The position numbers and the translations under genes are program-made. A DNA stretch of 64,000 nucleotides, taken from the NCBI GenBank assembly GCA_000165425.1, contig CT868078.1, forward strand, positions 1-64,000. Reading direction: 5' to 3'. The stretch is from Paramecium tetraurelia (lineage: Eukaryota). This document shows, one piece after another, positions 53,201 to 64,000 of the stretch (within the stretch, counting starts at the first letter, position 1; the number at the start of each line of letters is the position of its first letter). The notes under the pieces were generated by a model. That model ran no database searches, was not told where the DNA came from, and saw nothing but the letters and a program-made list of their open reading frames with translations.

Positions 53201-56200
53201 AGGATTGCTCATATTTCAATACTACAGGTAAAGTAAGTAGGAAAACTTGTTCATTAATAACGAAAAGTGGCTAAATTTGTGAATTTTAAGATAATTATTG
53301 TGTTGTTTCTAACAAATCTATTGAAGGATGTAATTTAGATGGAATTAATAAAAGAGGTTGTTTTAAGAATACTAAAGGAAATTGCAGATGGGATGATGTC
53401 TCAGGTTAATGCTATGAAAATAAAACAGTATTATAAGAATTGGAATGTAATAATAATTTAAATTAAATCTTATGTATGAAAGTAACTAAGTAACCATGCA
53501 TGTGGAATGATGATCAATATTAATGTGTTTATTTTAATCAAATGACTAAAGATCAATATTTAGAATAAAATCCTAAGAATTAATATAATCAATGGGCTTG
53601 TACCCTAATAGTTGGTGCTGGATACACATTTGATGCAGATAATCATAAATGCAAATTACTAGATAATACTTAAAATTTTGGATGTTCTGATATTTAGATG
53701 AATAATTATGCATGTTAATTTTTAACAAAAGGTTCAAATTGTTATTTTGATTAAAATGAAAAAACCCTCCAAAATGTAAAATTTTCAATATGGGAATCAA
53801 ACAATTTGCTCATATAAATATGCCATAAATATTGAAGTCTGTATGAATAATACCAAAATCATGTAAATTCTCTCTTCAGAATTTATCTTGTATAACATTA
53901 TAAGTAAAAGCAGATACGAGTTGCTTAGATCTTTAGGACTTAATAAACAGAGGAGATTATGTTAATAAACTAGGATGCTCCTCTATATCAGAATCTTTAG
54001 AAGGGAATGATGGAGAATATTAATGCTATTAAAATAAAGAATTTGTCTAATAATGCAATTATTAGAGATTTTGTTATTGGGATAATTACACCTGCAAAGT
54101 GAGTAAGTAATAAATTCATACATTTGATTATGAAAACTACGTCATCAGTTAATAGTCATATTGGGTATATCAACATAATAACTGCACTGATACTGCTGAA
54201 TGTAATTAAATATGTAATAAATTCAGAATTTAAAAGTGATGGCTTAACTTATCCTGGCAAGAGTGATTAATTAAAATGCGGATTAGGAAGATGTGATTAT
54301 ACAAATGAACCCTGTTCTTTAAGTGATGATTGTGGATAGATTTTAATTGAAAATCTTAAGATTAATGATGATGGCACAATATAACCACCTATTGTATAGA
54401 ATTAAACGTGCTAAAAATATTGTTAGTAACAATTAGAAATCTAACCCTGTAAGGATACAGACCCCCCACCTCAAGAAGTCTTAAACCCTGAAATACTTTA
54501 ATAATAAAAATGTTTTGGAAGTTGTAATTACACAAAAGACCCTTGCTAAATGTTTAGCGATTGTCCAAAAGCTTAATAAACTTTAGTAAATCAAGTATAA
54601 CTTGAGAACAATACTATCAATATAACTACTATTATACAAATAACTTAACTCTGTGATTCATATAAATGTTCAGATAGCCATAAATCTTGTAATAAGACAG
54701 CTGATTGTTTTCCTTTTGTAGCTAAATCTTGGGAACTTTAGGATGCAATATGTAAAAAATAGGATATCTATACTAAATCAGAAATCTGCAAAGGGTTTTA
54801 TTATCTGCAGTTAAAATGCCGAAACATTTTTTCTAAAGCTCTTTGTATTCAAATGACAAATGAAAACTGTTACTTTGATTTAAATTAAGGTGGTTGTATT
54901 TAGCTTGAAGGGAATGAACATAAAGTTCCAAATTGTGATAGCATAAAAAATACTCGCAAACCAACTAAATAATGTGATAACTTTACCAATATTTGTAGAT
55001 TTAGTGGGTAATAATAAAATGAATATCAGAATACATGCCAAGCAGTATCTTCATAATTAGTGTAATGTAAAGATAGTAGTGAATAAAGTGTTGCAGATAA
55101 TTCATGTCCGGCTAATACACATCATTATATAACTTGTGTTAGAGATTAAAATTTTCAAAGCTCGTTGTCATGTATAAGGGTTCTTAATCCATCAATATTT
55201 AATTGCGCTGCAGTAGCTGATTATTGTCGATATTCAAATGGAGTTTGTATATCTGATCAGAATACCTATCCATGTAAATGTGATAAAAGCTTCAGTAAAT
55301 CTTGGTGTGAATTTTGTAAATGCAACTTCGATTTGCTTGGATACTGTTAACTTGAGAGTAAACCTATTCAAAAATTACCTGACAATTCTAATCAATATTA
55401 TTTATGTTATGAGGTGAATTTGTTACCAATTGATGCTGATGGTAAAAAAAAAGTTTGTGGAATGGTCGATTAAGCATGTCGATACACTTTTATATGTGAA
55501 GATGCAACTCATTATAGTTGTGATTACCTTCTAAATTTGGTTGTATCTAAAAGAGCTTGCATCAGGTGTAATTCTTTAAGTGTTTATTATGATGAACAAA
55601 AATAATTTTGTAAAATATAGGAAGATGATATAAAATAGTGCAACTCATTAAACAAATAGGCATGTTTATAAATGACAAAAGGGATAAAATGTAAATGGGA
55701 AGATTATGAATGTAAATAAATAGATAGAATAACCGGATCTGATAGTAGAGATTGTTCAATTTATAATTAAGATGCTTGTATATAATTCTAGTAAGATTGT
55801 TGGTTTGATTAGAATATTGGTTATTGTACATAGTTTGATCCAACTTAAGGTTCTTGTAATTTATTATTAAATGAAGATCTTTGCTTATTTTCATTAAAGG
55901 AATCTTGTTTATGGGATTCAATTAATTTAAAGTGTATGAAGAATGATAATCAAATTACATAATGTTCAGATTTAAATAAATTTGGATGTTTAAATTAATC
56001 AATCATGTCATGTGTATGGTCAGATCTTTATAAATGTTAATGGGCTATATTAAATGATAAAGTAATATCATGTAATTCTGTATTATCAAATACTTAATAA
56101 TCATATATTACACATTTTAGTTAAAACATTTGTTCTTAATTAAAGATTCAATCAAGTTGTTTCTTAGATAATTATTATTAATGTAGATAAACTATTATTA

Positions 56201-59200
56201 CAGATATAATTAAATGTAATACTTAAGGATTAAATAAATTTGGTTGTATTAATAGATCAATAGGATAATGTTAATTTAAAGATGAACAACATTAATGTAT
56301 AGAAAATACAAATGATTAAATTGGATGTCTTGATTCATTAAATAAATAGGCTTGTATTTCTTAAAAATAAACATGTAAATTTGAGAATAATATCTGTTCT
56401 CTTCATTAAGTAAATACAATTAATGATATCATTAATTCTACTTTATTATTCGTTTATTCTAAAAGTGTTTGTTATGCTATAGATTAACAAATAACAGATT
56501 GTTTGATATATAGTGAAATATAAAATAGATGTATTAATGTATCTAATAGATAACCTTTTATTGATAATTGTTATAAATTTACAATGAATAAGTATGCTTG
56601 TTTATAAAAAACATTATAAACATGTGAATATAATTAAAATGAAAATAGTTGCATTTAAACATCATAATAAACTTTGAAAACTATTAATAATTGTTTTCCT
56701 GAAAAATATTTAAATTGGATTTCTTGTATATCTTTACCTTCTAATTGTAAATTCAATGGAATAAAATGTTAATCTATTGATTTAAAAGTTGATACTTGTG
56801 AATCTTTATCTAAATCTATAATTTATAGTTAAAGCTTCAGTTTGTGCAACTACAAATGATCGAAATTGTAAATTAAATATTACTTAAAATACTTGTGAAA
56901 TACTATTAGAAACTGATAATTTCTAATGTTCAAGTCCAGGTTTAAATAGAAGAAGTTGTTTATTCTAAACAAAAGGCTATCTTTGTAGATTTCAAGATGA
57001 TTAATGCATTTTTGATTTTGGATAAGCTTAATGTGAAGATATGATTAATGAAGATAAATGTTATTCAATCAAAACCAAAGGTTAATACTGTACATTTGAT
57101 TCATCCAAAGGTTGTTATTCTATTGATAATTCTTAAGGAGAATTACTTAAAATGTATTCATTCATTTAAAACTAATCCTATTACCTGTTCAAAAAGTACA
57201 GACATACCATGTTTTTACGATTAATATAACAATATATGCATACCTTTTCTTGATAATAAAGAATATATATCAGTCTCTCAATTTAAACTGGAATAACAAA
57301 ATATCATTTAATTCATTAATGTGTCAAAGATATTCTTAAGGGACTATTAAGGTATTTTGGAAAATCTAAGACAATTATGAAGAATGCTTTGAAGTCTAAG
57401 AAGCTGAACTGAGAATTTTGAAGTGTAGCGATAAACTAAATGAAAACGGATGTGTTAATATTCAAACATCATTCTAATTGTGCTAATATGAAAATTATAT
57501 TTGCAAGGCAATTAATCTTGATAGCCCAAACATAAATACTAATTGTTCTTATTATCAAAAAATTAATAGTAGTGGCTATCTGTTAAATAACAACCGATAA
57601 TCCTTTGTGAATATGAATATAAGTAATAAAAGATGCTAAGAACTTACTTAAGCCTCTGAAGTGGATTGCGATTAGAACCAAACTTAAAACAAGGGGTACA
57701 ATGGGTTAGCATGCAATAAAAATAATAATTGCATCTTTTATGATGGCACTTGCTATAACAAAATTGGAGATTCAATAGCATTTTGCTCAGACGTAGATTC
57801 TACATAAATATAACTTTGTAAAGAAATTATTACTTAAGGTTGTACTGTAACTAAAGACAGGTGCATATCATTATTACCAAACAATTATATGTCCATCAAG
57901 TGTAATGAAGCAGTTAATATAAAAGGATGTATATAAATTTAAACTCCAGGATAAACTTGTTTTTTTGATTAATATTTAGAGATATGCAAATTCTAAAATT
58001 TATATATTGACTTTAAATCGAAATGTTTAGAGCTGAACAACATAAATTCTTTTAAATTCTGTGAATAAACTACAGATTAACCATGCAAATATAATTTAAT
58101 GATGAATAAATGTGAGATTGCAGCTGGAAATAATTATGATTGTATTCGTGGATTGAATAAAATGGCATGTTATAATTTAACTGATAAATCATAATAATGC
58201 AAATATCTAAATTATTGTTATGGACCAAATGATAAAATACTGGAATGTAATCCTAATAATTATTATGATTGCTGCCGTGAAGCATTAACCAAAGAGTCAT
58301 GCTTATTTCAAAAAAGATTTGAATGTTAATGGCAAAATGGATGTTAGGCTTATCAATAAAAAATTTAAAATGAATGCAATTAAATTAAAGATGCTTCAGT
58401 AACTGTTTGCACATCTATAAAGGACTCATTTTGTATATTTGATGCTGAAAACTTCAATTGTAAATAAATTACTCCTGAAAGTTGTGATGAAATCTAAACT
58501 TCTGATCAATGCAATAAAATAACAGAATATCCTTGTATCTGGGATGAGCTTAATGAAATTTGCATCTATAAAGATAAAGATATTTTAGATTAATGCACCA
58601 ACATTAGTGATAATAATGGCAATTTGAAAGCATGTACTATGATAGAAAGAAGTGGTTAAAAATGTATATTTATAGATAATTAATGTAAGACATTTTACTA
58701 AAAAGATGGGATTAATAACTGTATTAATAATATTAATATTACATCTTGTTTATAATAAAATGTTAGTCCGTGTGAATGGGTGATAGAAGAAGTAAAAGTA
58801 AAGAAAACAAAGGATATTACAAAAATGGAAACCATAAAAATAGGAGAGTGCTAATAATTTACTGATTTTGATAATAGAGACTGTAATTTACTTCTAAGTT
58901 AAAAATCATGTATATCAGTTAGAAAATTAGGGTAATTTTGCAGATGGAAAAATAATTAATGCCAAAACTTTTCTTTATCTGATTATTAGATTAATAAATA
59001 TAGGCAACCTGAATTAGCTTAAATAGTTAATCCAAATGTTTGTGGATTATATTAAGATTAAAGATTAATTTAATATTCTTAAGAACTTGCATCATGCATT
59101 GAAGTAAAAGATTCAAGCAAATTATCTTGTTAATAATCAAAATATGGTTTAAATTCAGTATCTTGTTTCAAAATTTAATCTGAATCGTGTAAGTGGAATC

Positions 59201-60974
59201 CTATCCACAAAACATGTGAATAAGTCACAATAAATAATACAAATCTTACAATATCTTGTGATTTGCCTGGCCTCAATTCAAAAGCATGTACATTAATTGA
59301 AATAAATGATAGTTGCGGTTTTATTGGCAACGGTTGTAGTAAAATAGATTTAAATGTTAATTGCAAACATTAAGGATTAAACAAATTTGCATGTTTAACA
59401 ATTTTGAACTATCCTTGTGCTTGGATTAAGAATGAAGAGGATGAAAACTATCATTGTGATGACTATTAACCATATGATACTTGCAACAATATTAATCTGT
59501 AAGTTAACTCTATGGTATGCTCCTCTGGTTTAAATTGATGCTTGTTATTATAATAAATAAACTCAAAGTTGTGAATCTCCTAAAGAAACTTTGGATGGTT
59601 GTGATATTGAGGGTTTAAATTACATAGCATGTTCTGAAATAAAAGGATGTTATTTTGAAAATCATAAATGCTAAACACTTAATGAAGAAACATATAGTTG
59701 CCTTTAATATCCTAAAGCTCATTAAGATATTTGTAAAAATGCTTATGATTTATGTAAATATAGTCCTTTAAATTATGGTTGCGTACCTGCTTAATCCAAT
59801 GAAATATGCAAAAGAGAAGGTTTAAGTTAATCCGGTTGTGTCAAATCATAAAATTAGTGCTTTTGGAATAAAAATAATTGTGAATGCTTGAGCATTTAAA
59901 ATGTTTTTCCATTTTGTGATTAAATATTTGACTCTCAAAAATGTAATAAATTTAAACATTGCTAATATGACTATATGAAAACAAATAATAATGAAGTTAA
60001 TTAATAAATTGAAAATTAAAATTTAGGGACTTGTCGACGAAAGCTTTGCTCAGAACTTACAAAAGGGTAATGTTAAAAGTTTTAAATATTGGATGATTAT
60101 TGCTATTTAAACAATTAAAATAAATGTTAGAAGGCAAATTCATGCGAGGAAGTTAAAAATGCAAGCGAAATGTGCTCAAATTTAGTCATTAATGGTATTC
60201 CTTGTACAGAACATTCAGATAATATTACTTGTAAGAAATTAGAGTGTTCAAAATTGGATTATAAATAGTGTAAATTATTTTTTCTTTATTGCACTTTTAC
60301 TGACCTTTGTAAACCCATATTATGTTAAGAATTGGAATCTGAAGACTCATGTAGATTTCATAATTGCCAATGGAACTACAATCAAAGTAAATGCAGTAAT
60401 AATTAGCCATGCGAGAGTTATTCTACATCAGATTTGTGCAATTAAAATTCCTATAATAATGTTAAATGCATCTGGAAAATTGATAATGAAGAGAGATTTT
60501 GTACTGCTAAAGGATGTAGAGAGTTAGTTAAATTATAGGAATGTAGAAATACGTTTATACAAAAAAATATATGTGTCCGCCTTCAAGATGACACATGTTT
60601 ATAATGTGAAGAAATTAAAGATTCATGTTTATGCATTGATCAAGAGTATTGCAGTTTCAACTATATTTTGCGATAATGCTAATCTATAAATTGCATTAAG
60701 TTAAATAATGAAAAAAAATGTTAACAATATCATTTTTGTTAATACAATTCCTCAAATAAGGTAAGAGTAAAATCTAATCTAGACTTGTCACTTTAATTGC
60801 GCTAATTATGATAATAACCTTGATTGTAGTAATGATTCTTCCAACTGTAAGTGGAATAATGAATAAAATAGTTGTACATTAATAAAAGTAGTTATCGATC
60901 CGTCTCCACCAGTAAATAATTTTGATTGGAAACTTTGTACTTGTGTTTGTATTCTTTTTTGGATACTAATTTGA
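50210..60974 (+). CDS. Giant (~3500 aa) cysteine-rich repeat surface protein with a signal peptide and a hydrophobic (GPI-like) C-terminus; multiple frameshifts
   Basis: MFKLICLFVFTLAGCNC; dozens of C..LNxxxC..CxW/FxxxxC units; introns near 50474, 50881 and 60761-60782; ends WKLCTCVCILFWILI*. Confidence 0.85.
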
Positions 60975-61032
60975 CCTAACTAAATTAATTATTTAGTTTT
61001 TAATATAAATATAAATTATATAATTCATATAC

Positions 61033-64000
61033 TCAATATTAAAGAATTTAAATGAGTATTATTATTCTAAAAATTATACTATGGATATCCGAAACTACAA
61101 TAATTGAGGAAGGTTCCGTATATTTGTAGAATTTTTTCTCTAATTAAATACATAATTTAGAATTTTTATCCCAAGTACAATATGATTCAAAATGGTTACA
61201 TTGCTAGCGGTTATAATTATTTTCGCAAAGTGGAATACATATCTACTTTATATGTTGATAAATACCTGGCCCTTCTCATTAAATTAACATCTGTCAGCCG
61301 GACAAGTTTCATGATTGAAGCTTCCACATTATTTAGACTTACAAAGATTATCAAATTTATCATATTCACAATAATTTTCGTACTACAAACAAATACAAGG
61401 ATCCATAATCTCTTAACAACTTACACAGGTTGAATCTGATAAAGGAACACAGACATCATCACCAATTTAAGCTCCATTACACAAAGAATACTTAATTAAT
61501 AGATATCTACATCCTATAACTGAACAAAAATAATCCTCCCCTTCCTCTTCAATTAAAGCACACTATTTACCATTTTGTTAAACTAACATGCAATTTTCTT
61601 TGTTTTGAGAAGCACAAAATTGTGAGTTCATACAACTTTTATTTTATTCAAGCCATTCACATTTCTTGTCAATGCATTTCTATTTTATAGTAAAACGATA
61701 ACATTCTAATGTCTTACATATTTCCTCAAAAATGCAATCTTGAGGAAATTATTAACAGGTGTAAGCATCTAGACTCTCGCAATCTGGTGAAGTTATACAA
61801 TTCTTATTATTTGAATCTCTAAAACATTGTTTGTTCTTTAGGGTATATATCAAGCAATTATTTTAAGGATTCACTATATCATCACATGTTTTTGCCAAAT
61901 TGCATTTATTATCCTAGGTTAAATAACATATATCAGTATCTAATTTCTAACCGTCACATTAATCTATTGAATAATAATCGCATGTCCTTCTTAAACATTT
62001 TACTAAATTTTAATCGATTATTTCTTAACTAATATCAACATTATATTAAGGATTAGAAGGTGCAACATAACAATAATTTAAATTTTAACATTTTCTGGAA
62101 TTTGTGATAAATGAGCAATCTGGATATTAAGTTAGTATAGCCTTACATAGACATTGAGATTAATTCCATTGACAATCTAATAAATCATCGCAGCCAACTT
62201 AATTAATCCCTTTTGTTGAACATATATCCTATAACTCTGATGATATGCAACCATATCCTAAATTATTATATTTACATCTATTCCTTTAAATTTAAGTACA
62301 AACCTTATGATTAGAAAATAGAGCATCTTCACAATTTAAATTCATCGTTTTTTCATATTTCATACACCTACCTTGTAAATAAACACAATTTTCAATTTTA
62401 GAACATCCAATACCATTAATACCTGGTAGATTACAATTAATTTCTTATTGGGCTTTAAATAAAATGCAATTTCTTATTATAGAATTATAAAAGCAAGGAG
62501 CATCTAAAATTTAAGTGCATACAAATGCATTAACCTAATGATTATAGCCTAAACAAGCATCAAAATCTTGAATTAATTTACATTAATATTATAAAAGATA
62601 ATCATCTTAGACCCATCCACAAGGATAATTTGTGATTTAAAGGCATGCATGCTCATTTAACCCTGGATAATCACAAGAAATTTTAGTTACATCAACTTGA
62701 TCACAATCATTTTCTTTTGATCCACAAGGAAGAGATACTTATATTGATGAACATGATGCAGGGTTAATATTTTTTAAGCTGCAACTACTACTCTATATAT
62801 TAAATTTAAGACATTTTTTTTTTGTGTCATCCCATTTACATTGTTGGTCTTTAATATTCAAACAAGCTTGCTTATTCATACCTTTAAAATCACAAGTTAG
62901 ATTCTTTAGATTTGATGCATTTAAGCATTTAAAGTACTTAGTATCACATATTACACTAGAACCATCATTTATTAATCCACATGTATTACAGTTACACTAA
63001 GATAAGGATGAGAAAGATAAAATTTAATTAGTTTCAACATTTTTACATTAATTGTCTTTCCATTAACAAAATGTAACAGGGGTATTAATATTCAAACAAG
63101 CAAGATAACTAAGATTTGAATCACATTAATGACTAGATTGTTGATTGAAATCAAGACATAGTTATTTTTAATTTTGATCCCAAATACATTCGTATAATAC
63201 TTATTATAAGCAAGATAATTTATTCACTTTTTATGAACAGCCTACCACTTATTATTACGTATAATCAGTGCATTGATTTTAAAAGATACACATTTATCCT
63301 TGTTTTACAACATCTAAGCATGTTCTTTCGCTACCCCATTAATCTTATATATCTTAACATCCATCATTAGGATTCTTTACTTTTGTTAAGCATTAGGCTT
63401 TGATAAAATCCCAATAACAAGGTAAATTATTAAATTAAATACATTATTCTTTTGTTTAAACTTATTCACAATGATTTGGTTGAATTTCTACACATCCTAA
63501 TTTATCCAAATTGAAAATACAAATAACATCCTTAATATTATAACATACTTTTCTTGAAACATTATTTAAAGTTAAACATTCTTAATTCGATTCTGAATAT
63601 TATTTACATTCTTCATTTTACCACTAACATAAAAATTTATCCTAAAATAAACAACTTTCAATAGTATTAGCTTAGAAGCAACAATCTTTGATTTTTATAG
63701 GGTCACAGTTAAGAATATTGTAATTAGGTCCGTAACAGTAATTATAGAATTTACATTATAAAGATTATTAAGTATGTGTTAAGCAAGCAATTTAATTCAA
63801 ACCTCTTATGCATTAAAATTCTATATCTCCTTGGGCATTTTCGCATTTATGCTCTAAGGAATTGTGTTTGCAAGGAACAGCAAAGATTTGTTCACAAAAT
63901 ACTTAGCTATTAATTTAAGAGATACTTTTACAAATACCTGACCGTATTTCTAAATTTATAAGCTCACAAATATTATTTTACTCATTAAATTGACAAAATT
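61033..64000 (-). CDS. 3' part of a second giant cysteine-rich surface protein, paralog of 50210-60974 (5' end outside window)
   Basis: Same LNxxAC..CxW repeats; intron 61243-61265; ends SDIHSIIFRIIILIQILQY*. Confidence 0.85.

Noticed and set aside
36434..60974. Retained germline IES elements as the cause of frame breaks
   Set aside because: The breaks I resolved are 1-2 nt indels, and the longer inserts are GT..AG introns. No TA-bounded insert of 26 nt or more was needed to restore a frame.
1..64000. tRNA, rRNA, transposase or prokaryotic defence systems
   Set aside because: No GC-rich structured RNA segments, DDE/RT motifs, terminal inverted repeats or operon-like features were seen by eye.

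Overview
This is very AT-rich eukaryotic DNA from a ciliate, almost certainly Paramecium macronuclear sequence. Genes read through only if TAA/TAG = Gln and TGA is the sole stop, and they carry tiny (about 20-30 nt) GT..AG introns with very short intergenic spacers. The supplied standard-code ORF track is therefore mostly fragments or antisense shadows. The left ~23 kb holds an N gap, decayed coding remnants, a VIT-vWA gene, a degenerate UPRT and a cluster of one WD40 family (four apparently intact genes, most with an N-terminal B-box-like Zn motif and coiled coil, plus two clear pseudogenes). The middle holds a DUSP-USP deubiquitinase, a DH-PH-PX-FERM RhoGEF, a triple-PH protein, Oxa1/YidC-like and TMEM33/Pom33-like membrane protein genes and EAF6. 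Next is a ~4180-aa Kelch/Ig-containing outer-arm dynein heavy chain. The window ends with two giant cysteine-rich surface-protein paralogs arranged tail-to-tail. Many single-base indels interrupt otherwise intact conserved genes (eight in the dynein), which points to consensus errors, so a frameshift alone is not good evidence of a pseudogene here. All translations were done by eye and no searches were run.
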